Part shown: positions 8,923 to 19,165 of the stretch, piece by piece | How positions within the stretch are numbered: the stretch's first letter is position 1 | How the letters are laid out: the number at the start of each line of letters is the position of its first letter | Source of the DNA: a virus | Lineage: Duplodnaviria; Caudoviricetes | Length of the DNA: 53,175 nucleotides | Direction: 5' to 3' (one strand) | IMG/VR virus record: IMGVR_UViG_3300023103_000006 | Location: 1 to 53,175 of that record | Notes under the pieces: model-generated | What the model was told of the DNA's origin: nothing | Databases searched by the model: none | Seen by the model: only the letters and a program-made list of their open reading frames with translations | Made by a program: the position numbers and the translations under genes

Positions 8923-11410
8923 CAATCCAATAAGATTTTATAAACTTGACGATTCAGAAGACCGTTACAAAAACTACCATGAGCCTAGAGATATGCGCAG
9001 AGGAGTATTAACGCAAAAACAAGGAGAAACAATTAAATTCTTTGCACCTAAATCTGATTTTGAGGGAATAGATATTAGAACTTTGCAAGTAGGACTATAT
9101 GGTGAAGCGTTTGAAGATTGTGTAAGTTTGGGCTATCAATTATTAGAAGATAATATAGGATTTCTAAGAGAACAACAGTCACGATTCTATTATGAAATGG
9201 TGATTAAGGTCAATAACGCGCCCTCGACTACTTGGAAACAGTTTTCCTTATTACGACCAAACGGACAGCAATTATTCGGAACCTATACAGGACAAGAAAC
9301 AGATTTAGAAACCTACATAAATAATTTAAAAGATTGGCTAGAAGCGTACCCACACACACGGGTTGATGCCTACAAAGAAGGAAACCTAATAAGATTAAGG
9401 GTTTGGGAGTCTGGCAATTTTATAATCAGGAATGAAGAAATAACAGTAGGATTGGGTACGGTATCAGTATTGAACGAGAATAGTCCGACATTGCAAAGAG
9501 GTGCTAAAACTACTTACAACAGACCTGCTTATAATACTTACGACTTAGTAATTGGCAGCGATGTAACCGAAGGCAATATTTTTACTTTAGGTGATGTGAC
9601 TTATACCGCAACCAAGGCAGATACAGCAGCAACGGTAAAAGCTGCCCTACTTGGCAATAATTCAAAGGTAGTTATTAATGTAGGAGATATAATACCAATA
9701 AACGCATCAGTAGGAACTGTAAGAACTGTAAACACGAATAACCCGACTATAAACGACCTTTACAATGATTTGCTGAGCGGAAACGACCGATATATAATAG
9801 AGATAGAGAACGTTCAAAAAGGAAATACATTCCAGGTTCTTAGAAGTGGATTAAGTCCCTTAACTATTAAGGCAAGCGAAACTGACACTAAAGCAACTAT
9901 TGAAGCATTTTTTAATTCAACTGGTGGCTTCTTGGTAGTACCTGCCGGAACAATACTAACAGTAAGCGCAGTTCCTGGCGTTAGAATTGACGACAACACA
10001 AATTCGCCTAGTATCAGTACTGCAAATGCCGTATTAACCCCGGCACAAATGACGGACAGGTGGAGAATATTTGTCGGAACAAGCGTAAGAAAGAATAATA
10101 AGTTCGTATTAGGTGATATTGAAGTAATAGCAGACGAAGACGATACCTATTTAACCATTGCCACAAAGTTAGGTCTAATTGACGGATTGTATTATGAAAT
10201 AGAGGAGGATGGCGTATTTAGTTCTTATGCAGAACGAGGGGAATTGTATGATGATGAAAATATTGCAGATATTCAGATTATATCTTCACCGATTAGACGA
10301 ATATCTCAACAATACCTATGCGAAGTGACTATGCCAGCAGGATACACCGGAAAGGCTCTACAAATAGCAGTTAGCGAGTATTCAAGAAATGACGAAGAAC
10401 AAACTTGGATATTCATTAGAACGGTTGTAGTTTCTAACTACATAAGAATAGAGGTAGACCCAAAAGAAACAGTAATGGTGCGATGTTCTTCATTAGGTGA
10501 AGCGTTTGGATTTGAGTATTTTGAGCAAGGAATTAATCAGCAAATGAGATTCCCTATTTACCTGAGAAATGACGGATACGAAACAACCTTAACTAAATCA
10601 CAAAGCGTAAACGATGCTACAGTAAACGGGAATACGCAACTCAGACCAATTTCTGACTTTCAGGTTTTAGGTTATCCTAGTTGGTTTCACAAATCACTGC
10701 AAACATGGCTTAGAAGCGATGTTGTGATGGTTGATGAAATGAAAATATCATTGATTAATTATGAAGTAAGTGAAGACGTTGGAGCCAAAAAAATACAATC
10801 AGCCAATGGTAGTTTGTATAAAGAAATCGGCATAATGAAGAATTACGGGAAATTATTTCTGGATTATGACAATTTTCAAGAAAAAGTTTCTGTAATAACC
10901 AACTTTAAGAGTAAAATAATTTGTGTTATCCTAAAAAATGACTTATTTTGTCAGGAAGTATTCGAAAGAGGAGAAATATTTATTCCGGTTGGCGAATACA
11001 GATGGAAAGCATGGGTAGGCGGAGCAGTAGGAGATACGGTGGACATGAGAATCTACCAGAATGGAACAAGGATTCATCACGTAACCATGTATTGTGGCAG
11101 AATGAATATGCTAGACTCTTTAATCAGGGTTTACACACACGACGAGTTGTTATTTGAAGAGGTAAGTCAGGAAAACATGACCATTGTAGGTATAGATACG
11201 AAGACCGAAACAACAGTTGCTTATGAAAGTGTAGACTATGCAGACGAAATAGGGGACTACGATAAATTGAATGGATATGTAGCACCATTTGTGCCACCAG
11301 CAGAAACAAATGCCGGACAATGGAGGGATAGAATAGACGAAGACACTAATCTATCGATTGAACAAAATACAGACGAAACGGGTTGGGTACTTAAATCAAT
11401 AATATCATAA
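8909..11410 (+). CDS. Putative tail/baseplate structural protein with internal repeats
   Basis: 833 aa in the tail module; three repeated ~85-90 aa units. Confidence 0.55.
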   Translation: MRLFDNPIRFYKLDDSEDRYKNYHEPRDMRRGVLTQKQGETIKFFAPKSDFEGIDIRTLQVGLYGEAFEDCVSLGYQLLEDNIGFLREQQSRFYYEMVIKVNNAPSTTWKQFSLLRPNGQQLFGTYTGQETDLETYINNLKDWLEAYPHTRVDAYKEGNLIRLRVWESGNFIIRNEEITVGLGTVSVLNENSPTLQRGAKTTYNRPAYNTYDLVIGSDVTEGNIFTLGDVTYTATKADTAATVKAALLGNNSKVVINVGDIIPINASVGTVRTVNTNNPTINDLYNDLLSGNDRYIIEIENVQKGNTFQVLRSGLSPLTIKASETDTKATIEAFFNSTGGFLVVPAGTILTVSAVPGVRIDDNTNSPSISTANAVLTPAQMTDRWRIFVGTSVRKNNKFVLGDIEVIADEDDTYLTIATKLGLIDGLYYEIEEDGVFSSYAERGELYDDENIADIQIISSPIRRISQQYLCEVTMPAGYTGKALQIAVSEYSRNDEEQTWIFIRTVVVSNYIRIEVDPKETVMVRCSSLGEAFGFEYFEQGINQQMRFPIYLRNDGYETTLTKSQSVNDATVNGNTQLRPISDFQVLGYPSWFHKSLQTWLRSDVVMVDEMKISLINYEVSEDVGAKKIQSANGSLYKEIGIMKNYGKLFLDYDNFQEKVSVITNFKSKIICVILKNDLFCQEVFERGEIFIPVGEYRWKAWVGGAVGDTVDMRIYQNGTRIHHVTMYCGRMNMLDSLIRVYTHDELLFEEVSQENMTIVGIDTKTETTVAYESVDYADEIGDYDKLNGYVAPFVPPAETNAGQWRDRIDEDTNLSIEQNTDETGWVLKSIIS

Positions 11411-11598
11411 TGGCTTATTTATATAACGTAGGGTTAAAGGTTATAGGCAATAGAGATAAAAGTATTATTGAGCCTAATCCCACACCACCAGTAGCAGGAA
11501 GCTGGAGACGAAGAGTATCGGGAGAAGGTGAAGCAAGTGTTTTGATTTACGAGAAGTTCGACGGTACGATTTGGGAAACTAAACAGGTAATATCTTAA
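11410..11598 (+). CDS. Small structural protein similar to the C-terminus of the upstream protein
   Basis: TAATG overlap; AGSWR...E...W..K..IS motif shared with the upstream C-terminus. Confidence 0.55.
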   Translation: MAYLYNVGLKVIGNRDKSIIEPNPTPPVAGSWRRRVSGEGEASVLIYEKFDGTIWETKQVIS

Positions 11599-12608
11599 TG
11601 GCCGTAAATGCAGCGCAAATAGTCGAAGGACATTATCAAGGTTCTGCCGAAGTCATTGTAGAATGTGATGAAGCAGACGGAACCGACATTGTAGTATATA
11701 GGTATGTGAACGGAACCGCTACATTAGTAGGAACAGCAGAACTGGGAAACGATACCGGATTAGGAAGTGGCAAATCAAGAGTACCATTAACTGAGAATAT
11801 TTCAATTGGGAATCAGTTAGTAGCTTATGTTGAGGAAAGATGGAAGCAAGGAGGCGACCCAGTTCCGGTTTACGAGTTATCGGACGGATTAAGAACCGGG
11901 TGGCGTGGCCCTGACGTAATTTATCTGGATGGTGATGTAGAAATTAGCTACGAGGAGTACCAACAATTAGGAGGGCAGGAAATAGCAAGTGTCTATGACC
12001 CACAAGCCACGATAAACAATACAGTAAACAGATGTGGCGATGCGCCCAAACAATTTGCAGATGCTACTTTAATACTAGAAAAAACAACGGCAGATTTAGG
12101 CGCAGGAGTGGTAAACGTAGAATACGCAACAATAGGGAACTTTAATCCGGCTTTAGGTGCAGCACGTGTGCAATGGGATGGCGGAGCGATTACGCAGGAC
12201 TATCAACAGACTTTTGTATTTGCAGATAATGGAGCGCACGTTGTGAAAATATATCCAGAGAACTTGGATTACGAAACAAAAGAATTTCCTTTTACGGTTT
12301 CAGTAGCATCAGGAACGCCAGCCCCGGCAGTAGCAGATATAAGAGCAGTAGCGTACGAAATAAATCCGGCCGCTAACAGACAGGTAACTGTATTAGCGTA
12401 TTCGGATAGACAACTAGAAAGCAGAGTAGTAGGATTAGACGACGGAGTACATGGTTCAGGAGCATGGGTTGCAATGAGCGGTTCAACTGGCGGCAAATGG
12501 CAACAACCTATTCCTTTTCAGAATGTGCCAAACGGCAATTATAGTGTAGATTGCAGGGTACAAGGCACAGTAACGGTAGTAACAGTAGCTTTAAAAGTTG
12601 ATTTCTAA
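11598..12608 (+). CDS. Putative virion structural protein (Ig-like, beta-rich)
   Basis: 336 aa, G/V/T/A-rich; in the tail module. Confidence 0.5.
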   Translation: MAVNAAQIVEGHYQGSAEVIVECDEADGTDIVVYRYVNGTATLVGTAELGNDTGLGSGKSRVPLTENISIGNQLVAYVEERWKQGGDPVPVYELSDGLRTGWRGPDVIYLDGDVEISYEEYQQLGGQEIASVYDPQATINNTVNRCGDAPKQFADATLILEKTTADLGAGVVNVEYATIGNFNPALGAARVQWDGGAITQDYQQTFVFADNGAHVVKIYPENLDYETKEFPFTVSVASGTPAPAVADIRAVAYEINPAANRQVTVLAYSDRQLESRVVGLDDGVHGSGAWVAMSGSTGGKWQQPIPFQNVPNGNYSVDCRVQGTVTVVTVALKVDF

Positions 12609-12620
12609 ATAAAAAATATC

Positions 12621-12875
12621 ATGGCAGATAATAAAGACGAAATAAAAGAAGCTACGCCTTCAAAAGAAGAGGCTAAAGCTCAGAAAAAGAAAATATTAAA
12701 ATGGACGCACGATATTACGGGCGGCAAGGTCTTGTTTGAAACACAAGGGTATGGAGAAAAGGAGAAAATCAAAGTTGAGATTAACGGAAAAGAAGAAGAG
12801 ATTGAAAACTATGGCAATCTGGCTATTTACTCACGAGGTGCAAGTTTCAAGGAGTTTCCGGCAGTAAAATATTAA
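12621..12875 (+). CDS. Hypothetical protein
   Basis: 84 aa; A-rich initiation region. Confidence 0.6.
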   Translation: MADNKDEIKEATPSKEEAKAQKKKILKWTHDITGGKVLFETQGYGEKEKIKVEINGKEEEIENYGNLAIYSRGASFKEFPAVKY

Positions 12876-12901
12876 ATTTACAATATAAACTTAAATAAAA
12901 T

Positions 12902-13873
12902 ATGTCTAGTACGCAAAACCTTATTTATGCTAACCTGCAAGGGGCAGGGGGGCTATCTACAGGACAAAACAGAACACTTAATACTTACGTAGCGATGGCT
13001 ATCATTAACAAGGGTGTTTTGCCTGCGGATGGTGCTGCGTATGCGGGCGACGCTGGCGGCTCATTAGTTCCGGCAGGGTTCGTAAATGGACAGTGGATTG
13101 CAAAGATTTGTCAGGATTTAGCCATTTTTAATAAAGCCCGTTGGCTGCCAAACGGAAGTATTACAGGCTCACAGGCAGAAACAGTCAATGTAACAGAAGG
13201 GCAGATTTACGGACTTGACCCGGCAGACGCTACGACCGGAGAAACGATGGATATGTTTGATATTCTGTTTAAGAATTATTTTCAGAACAGACAAGGATTA
13301 AACGCTATCAGAAGCCGCCCTCGTGATTGGGATATTGTTCTATTCACAAACAACACAGCAGAAATATACAGACGTGACGGTAGTAGTACAGTAATTACAA
13401 AAATTACAGATACCGCTGACGGAACAAATACTACATCAAGAAAAGGAACAATCAGCTTCGCTACGAGAGGTGTAGATGGTCAGGTTGTGCCTTTGGAGGG
13501 TATCAATGCGGCAGACTTAGGAGAGGTAAGTAACGTTTTTTACACACTTGCTTCAGGTGCTGACGTAAACCTAACAGCAGGGACTTGCAACGGAGATTTT
13601 AACAGATGGGTAAGAGATACAACTGTAACCCTTTCTTCTTTACAAATGGTTCCGTCTTTCGCTTCTCCTTGTGCAACTTATAGTTTATACCGTGTATTAG
13701 CTAATGGCACTTTGATTCCTTCTACTGGTAGTACTTATGCAAGTATCAATACAGTGACAGGACTTATCACGTTTCCGGCTGCACACGTTTTAGGGGCAAC
13801 AAAATACATTGCACAATTACAAAACGAAGTAGGGGTTCACGCTGAATACAAACTTGAAGTGCAAATAGCTTAA
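12902..13873 (+). CDS. Putative major tail (tube) protein
   Basis: 323 aa, G/A/T/N-rich, possible C-terminal Ig-like domain; strong A-rich start region; followed by a hairpin. Confidence 0.55.
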   Translation: MSSTQNLIYANLQGAGGLSTGQNRTLNTYVAMAIINKGVLPADGAAYAGDAGGSLVPAGFVNGQWIAKICQDLAIFNKARWLPNGSITGSQAETVNVTEGQIYGLDPADATTGETMDMFDILFKNYFQNRQGLNAIRSRPRDWDIVLFTNNTAEIYRRDGSSTVITKITDTADGTNTTSRKGTISFATRGVDGQVVPLEGINAADLGEVSNVFYTLASGADVNLTAGTCNGDFNRWVRDTTVTLSSLQMVPSFASPCATYSLYRVLANGTLIPSTGSTYASINTVTGLITFPAAHVLGATKYIAQLQNEVGVHAEYKLEVQIA

Positions 13874-13888
13874 CAATCTAAAAAACAA

Positions 13889-13907
13889 AGGGGGATAACA
13901 CCCCCTT
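13889..13907. terminator. GC-rich hairpin between tail tube and portal genes
   Basis: AAGGGGG-ATAACA-CCCCCTT inverted repeat; A-tract on the 5' side, no U-tract on the + strand. Confidence 0.45.
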
Positions 13908-13914
13908 ATATATA

Positions 13915-15834
13915 ATGCTTGATTTTCAAAGAATACTTCCTTATTTAAAAGTAGATGAAAATGGAATCCCGATAGACAAGAAATTGCGACACGCCGGGTA
14001 TGACAGAAGCATTGAAATTGCAAATGATATAAAGGACGTATTCAGCGAAAAGTTCCCTGAGTTTTTAAAAGTAAAGAGACCCAAAGAAAAGGCAGTTCAT
14101 TTGAAATACCGGGAAATGATTTACTTGAATAAGGTAATGAAGTTCCGAACCAAAGCAATGTCTTTGATAACTACGATAAAGCAGAACGATGATTTTAACG
14201 TAACTTTTAAGGATGAGAACATTTTCAAGGACTACACGGAAACTGAAATGTTTGATAATCAAACCTTGCCAGAATGGTTCTTTTCTGAATGGGCAAAGTT
14301 TAGTATTGACGACCCGAACGCAGTTATCGCACCTGTCTTAAAGGATTTTGCAGAGAATGACCAGGAGTTTAACCAACCAACTTTAAAGATATTCTCATCT
14401 GTTGGTGTAATTCAACTAAACAAGGATATTTGCGTTTTAAGAGGTGACGAAAAGACATGGATTAACGTAAACGGTACACAAGAGAAAATAGGACGTAATC
14501 TTTATTTTTACGACAAAGATTCTTTTCTAATTTGTAGACAAACAGGTAAAAATGTAACAACCGAAAACGAAACCAATTATAATTGGCAGATAATTGGACA
14601 AAATTTAGTTGAATTTGAAAATGAAATATTAGAAGTTCAGCCATTTGCAACCAATACTACCAAGATTCCTGCACAGAGAATCGGACGTATATTAGGCGAG
14701 AAGATAGACGGAGAAGTGCAATTGTTTAATAGTGAGATTTCAGACGCACTGCCGTACCTTAAAACAATTGGTTTAAGGATTTCGGATACTGAAATTGAAT
14801 ACTTACAGCACATACATACGGTAGAATGGTTTGTAACAACAAAGCACGAATGTAAAGAACCTGGGTGTGTTAATGGGTACGTAACTAATCCGACATGGAG
14901 ACCAGGCACAGACATACCGCCAAAACACAAATGCCCAAAATGTGACGACAAAGGATTTCCTATTAATGGACTTGAAATTATCGTGCATACGGTTTCAGAT
15001 GATGGCGGCATAGATTCTAACAAGAGTGCCAGTATACCTAATCCACCCGGAGGTTTTATACCGAGAAACATTGAAACGGTTCGGGAACTGAGATTGGAAA
15101 TTGCTAATAACGAAGCCAGCGCATACGGAACAATGGATTTGCTCTATATGTTTGAAACCCCACTAAACACAAGTGGAAAGTCTAAAGCCTATGACAGACA
15201 GGACAATTACATTCGTAGAGCAGATATTAGCGTACACACTAAGAAGCAGATAGATTTCGGATACAATAGTACAGCGTGTTTTATGCTTGGTACAATTGGA
15301 AATGTAGAAAGGTATTTGCCAGTAGTGAATGTGCCGACCGACAGTTTTGATTTAGCGACCCAAGAAGAAGCCTTAAAAGACCTTACAGAAGCGAGTGGAG
15401 TGGTTAGCGGTATTGTACAAAATGCTTTAGAAATACGATACATACAAAAACAATTTGGCAAAGATACAAGTCTATCTAAATTGCTAATTCTTCATAATCG
15501 AATTGACCCATACGACTCTATTAAAGGAGGTAATAGGGCGGAAGTTTTAGACCTGATGATGTTTAACAACATTAAATTGTATGGGATAGATAGTGAAAAT
15601 TTAATGTTTTTGGTAAAGAAAAATACATTAGCGAAGCAAAAAGACAGCATTGTAAAGGATTTGATTAAATTATATCCTGACTTTTTAGATTTTAAAATTG
15701 AAAAGCAGGACGCATTAATTGAGACACAGTTAGAATTTTATCTTCCTGAAAAAATAAGTGAAGACGTTTATAAACCAATTAAGCAAGAGCCAATGGTAGA
15801 CGTAGTAAAAGAAAACCAAGTGGCATTAAATTAA
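13915..15834 (+). CDS. Portal protein with Cys-rich insertion
   Basis: 639 aa upstream of scaffold/capsid; SGKSKAYD motif typical of portals; CKEPGC...CPKC insert. Confidence 0.75.
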   Translation: MLDFQRILPYLKVDENGIPIDKKLRHAGYDRSIEIANDIKDVFSEKFPEFLKVKRPKEKAVHLKYREMIYLNKVMKFRTKAMSLITTIKQNDDFNVTFKDENIFKDYTETEMFDNQTLPEWFFSEWAKFSIDDPNAVIAPVLKDFAENDQEFNQPTLKIFSSVGVIQLNKDICVLRGDEKTWINVNGTQEKIGRNLYFYDKDSFLICRQTGKNVTTENETNYNWQIIGQNLVEFENEILEVQPFATNTTKIPAQRIGRILGEKIDGEVQLFNSEISDALPYLKTIGLRISDTEIEYLQHIHTVEWFVTTKHECKEPGCVNGYVTNPTWRPGTDIPPKHKCPKCDDKGFPINGLEIIVHTVSDDGGIDSNKSASIPNPPGGFIPRNIETVRELRLEIANNEASAYGTMDLLYMFETPLNTSGKSKAYDRQDNYIRRADISVHTKKQIDFGYNSTACFMLGTIGNVERYLPVVNVPTDSFDLATQEEALKDLTEASGVVSGIVQNALEIRYIQKQFGKDTSLSKLLILHNRIDPYDSIKGGNRAEVLDLMMFNNIKLYGIDSENLMFLVKKNTLAKQKDSIVKDLIKLYPDFLDFKIEKQDALIETQLEFYLPEKISEDVYKPIKQEPMVDVVKENQVALN

Positions 15835-15839
15835 ATATT

Positions 15840-16142
15840 ATGGCAAAGAATAAAGAAGAAGAAGGCACACCAATTGGGTTATCTGAAAAAGAGTTTTTTG
15901 CAAGAAAAGACCTTTTGGAAAAGAAAGCACGCATCTATGTAGAAGTAGCGGAAGGCAGAGGAGAAGACGAAAAAGGTAAATCTATCGTGATGTACCCGGC
16001 TAAAGAAATCGAAGTACAGCCAGCTTATTGGAGTACTATTTTACGAGACAAAGAGACGGGCGAACCAATGAAAGAACAAAAGTTAGTTGGCTACAAGATT
16101 GAAGAGAACGGAGAAATGAAACATTATAAATTTAAAGAATAA
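15840..16142 (+). CDS. Hypothetical head-module protein
   Basis: 100 aa charged ORF between portal and scaffold. Confidence 0.6.
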   Translation: MAKNKEEEGTPIGLSEKEFFARKDLLEKKARIYVEVAEGRGEDEKGKSIVMYPAKEIEVQPAYWSTILRDKETGEPMKEQKLVGYKIEENGEMKHYKFKE

Positions 16143-16144
16143 AT

Positions 16145-16987
16145 ATGAAATTAGGCACAGTAATTAACGAGTTCGCAAAAAAGGCAGGACTTGATTTGAC
16201 TAAAATCAAAGACCTAGTAGACGAGCTGAACGCATCTGACAAGCAAATTGACGATGACGTAGCAACACAACTACAACAAAGCCTTTTGACCGAATCGGAA
16301 GCAGAAAGCCGATTCATGAGCAAACACAAAAACGGTCTTTTGACTCAAGGAAAAAAGGAAGCATGGGACGATATAGACAGGAATCATGCGGAAATTATTT
16401 CTCTGTTAGACGCAGAAGACAAAACCAAATTCGATGCACTGAAGACTACAAAGGAAAAAGATAAATTTCTTTTCAACTTCTTTATCGAAAGAAAGATAAC
16501 CGACAAGGATTCTTTAGCAATCAAAAAAGCGCACGACACCTTGTTGTCGAAGATTGACACGGATTACGTGCCTTTATCAAAACACAAAGAGCTAGAAGAC
16601 AAGTATAAACCAAAGGCGGACAAAGCGTTTTTCAGCGAATTTGTAGTTGATGCCGTAACAAATAGTAAAATATCTGAGACTTTTAAATCAAATAAAAGAT
16701 TCAGAACAAATTTAAAAACAGATTTTGATGAACTCCTGACAAAAAGGGGCTGGACTGTAAATACTGAAACCGGAGAGTATTTGGATAAGGAAGGCTTGCC
16801 TGTTTTGAAAGGAAGTGAAAAAATGAATAACAATGATATTCTTGACGAACTTATGGCAAGTGACGAAGAGTATCTCAAAAAGTCTAATGGTAAACCTGCA
16901 AGTGGGGAAATAACAGTTGATGTACCAAAGGTGAACGGAAGTAGCCTTTTGAATAATCCTAACTATAAAAACCTTGTGAGGCAGTAA
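16145..16987 (+). CDS. Capsid scaffolding protein
   Basis: 280 aa, charged and helical, directly before the capsid gene; low-complexity C-terminal tail. Confidence 0.65.
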   Translation: MKLGTVINEFAKKAGLDLTKIKDLVDELNASDKQIDDDVATQLQQSLLTESEAESRFMSKHKNGLLTQGKKEAWDDIDRNHAEIISLLDAEDKTKFDALKTTKEKDKFLFNFFIERKITDKDSLAIKKAHDTLLSKIDTDYVPLSKHKELEDKYKPKADKAFFSEFVVDAVTNSKISETFKSNKRFRTNLKTDFDELLTKRGWTVNTETGEYLDKEGLPVLKGSEKMNNNDILDELMASDEEYLKKSNGKPASGEITVDVPKVNGSSLLNNPNYKNLVRQ

Positions 16988-17031
16988 TGCTAATTGGCGC
17001 AATTTAATCTTTAAAAATTAAACCAACGACA

Positions 17032-18288
17032 ATGGCAAATAATGTAAATTTAGGTGCAGCCCGGGGGCTGTATGCAGCAATTCTGCATGTAACAAATAAC
17101 TATTACCGATTCACTAACGTAGGAACAACAGGCGCATTGCGTGACCCAGCAAGTAAGCAGATTCAGGACGCAACGAATCCTTTTTTGCTTCAGAATACGA
17201 GCGGAACGACGATTGGTTACGCAGCAGGAACAAGTAACGGAAAACTTACTTTAACGTGGACGCCAGCTTATGCAGGTGGTTATCGTACTTCACGTATCGG
17301 AGCAGGTGGGGCAGCAGATTCAAATGGTGTAAAAACTATTCAGGCGGCACAAAGTTTGGTTTTCAACTTCGACAAAGTAATTGAGTTTGAAGTAATTCAA
17401 CCTTTGGCAACGGCAGATTTCTTTTTGGAGCCTTTGACTATCGAGTATTTGGATAAGTTAGAAAATCCAAAATACATGGTTGAGGCTTTGAACGATGGTA
17501 GATACACAGGAACTCGTGCGCAACTTGTAAGAGTGGGTAATGAAATAATGCGTCGTCTGGACAGAGACATGTTGATTCCGATGGATGATGATTTAATTGC
17601 GACTGTGGCAACTGGAGTAGGACGTAATGTAGCCTATCCTTGGGATAGCACCAATGGAACTTTAAATGCGCCAATCACGCAGATATATGCTTTCAAAGCG
17701 GACGGCACACCGGATGCTGATTTCTGGAACTACATTCAGAACAGTTCTCGTGATAACCGCTACGAAGGTAAAGCGATATTTGTTGGCGGTTCTAAAATGG
17801 CTCAGTACATGCAATTAAAAGGCATTGTAGGGCTTGCAGATACCGGGTATAAGTTAGATGCTCAAATTGAAAATCTTCCTGTACACTGGTATTATGATGC
17901 ACGTATTGACACTATCTTGGGACAAGACGAGTTCTTGATGTGGGATTCTGGCGCAGCAGCTTTGCAAACATGGCTTAATCATAGCACTTACGGAACTGTA
18001 AGACAAAAACGCTATGCAAACATGGATTACGGCAATATGAATGTAACGGTAGGACAATATCGTGGTATCGGATTAGATGGGAATCTTGACAAAGACAATA
18101 TCTCTTTAGATATGGACGTTCGTATTTTGGAAGGTAGAGATTCTGCCGATTATCCAACAAGCCGTGTAGTGCCTTCGATTAACTACGGTGTATTTATGCG
18201 CCCGGTTGGTTACTTCACTTCTGACAATACCGACCCTTTGTATTACATGACTGGTATTTTTAGAGGAAAACTTTTAACAAGGGCTTAA
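17032..18288 (+). CDS. Major capsid protein
   Basis: 418 aa after scaffold; composition and position typical. Confidence 0.75.
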   Translation: MANNVNLGAARGLYAAILHVTNNYYRFTNVGTTGALRDPASKQIQDATNPFLLQNTSGTTIGYAAGTSNGKLTLTWTPAYAGGYRTSRIGAGGAADSNGVKTIQAAQSLVFNFDKVIEFEVIQPLATADFFLEPLTIEYLDKLENPKYMVEALNDGRYTGTRAQLVRVGNEIMRRLDRDMLIPMDDDLIATVATGVGRNVAYPWDSTNGTLNAPITQIYAFKADGTPDADFWNYIQNSSRDNRYEGKAIFVGGSKMAQYMQLKGIVGLADTGYKLDAQIENLPVHWYYDARIDTILGQDEFLMWDSGAAALQTWLNHSTYGTVRQKRYANMDYGNMNVTVGQYRGIGLDGNLDKDNISLDMDVRILEGRDSADYPTSRVVPSINYGVFMRPVGYFTSDNTDPLYYMTGIFRGKLLTRA

Positions 18289-18292
18289 TATT

Positions 18293-19096
18293 ATGGGGTT
18301 ACAGCAAATTCAAATAGACGGAAAGAACGGCGTTTACTTTGTTTTTGAAGAAAAGCAAAGATGGACAATCTACGAGGTACTCGGTCAAATGACTGGCTCT
18401 ATTGATGAGTATACTTCTTTGCAAGATTTACAAGTAAATAATCAAACACGTTTAGTTGGATTTGCTGTAAAACCTAAAATTGGAGACAACCCTTATATTG
18501 GAGGATTTGAAGAAATAAAGCCAGTACAGCCAATAGCACCACAGCCTCCAGATGTGCCGGGCGATTCAGGGTTTATCCTCAATGTGCTGCCATGTGCAAG
18601 CGAAAAAGCAACCGTTTCAATACTTAACGAAGGCTTAACAAGAAAAAAGCCGGGTACGGTTGAATTTCAGCTACTTTTGTTTTCGCTGACCTACGTTAAA
18701 GAGTATTCAGACAAAGGGCTTTTGGCTAAGTGTGATTATGACTTGATAGGAGAAGACGGCAAGATGTATGTAAGTATGCGTCAAAAACAAGGTGCAATAG
18801 CAGGTGGAGACTGCCCAAATAACCACCCACGCTTTGAAGATAATGTGCCAGGATTAGGAAAGTATGATTGTAAGGTATTTTTACCTAAAATAGACTATAC
18901 TCTTAGAATGTGGAATACAGGAGAAACACCTATAAAGCCTTGGTTACACCACCCGGGCAAACAAAGTTCAGATATTTATGTAGGAAGACTGGAAAAATAC
19001 AATGAAGTAGAGGTGTTTATTTCTAAGAACGAATTTACAGGTGCTGACCACGAAAACACCATCAAGATTAACGGTAATTGTGTATATGATATGTAA
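18293..19096 (+). CDS. Hypothetical virion-associated protein with Pro-rich linker
   Basis: 267 aa; PVQPIAPQPPDVPG linker. Confidence 0.55.
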   Translation: MGLQQIQIDGKNGVYFVFEEKQRWTIYEVLGQMTGSIDEYTSLQDLQVNNQTRLVGFAVKPKIGDNPYIGGFEEIKPVQPIAPQPPDVPGDSGFILNVLPCASEKATVSILNEGLTRKKPGTVEFQLLLFSLTYVKEYSDKGLLAKCDYDLIGEDGKMYVSMRQKQGAIAGGDCPNNHPRFEDNVPGLGKYDCKVFLPKIDYTLRMWNTGETPIKPWLHHPGKQSSDIYVGRLEKYNEVEVFISKNEFTGADHENTIKINGNCVYDM

Positions 19097-19165
19097 CTTT
19101 TGAAACTATAAGAGTATCTTTTGCTGTAAAATTTGTCAGATTTTACACATTTTAAAAACAGTTTT

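Noticed and set aside
19097-19165. Internal promoter before the signal-peptide fibre cluster
   Set aside because: Only near-matches to TAnnTTTG are present; not enough to call.
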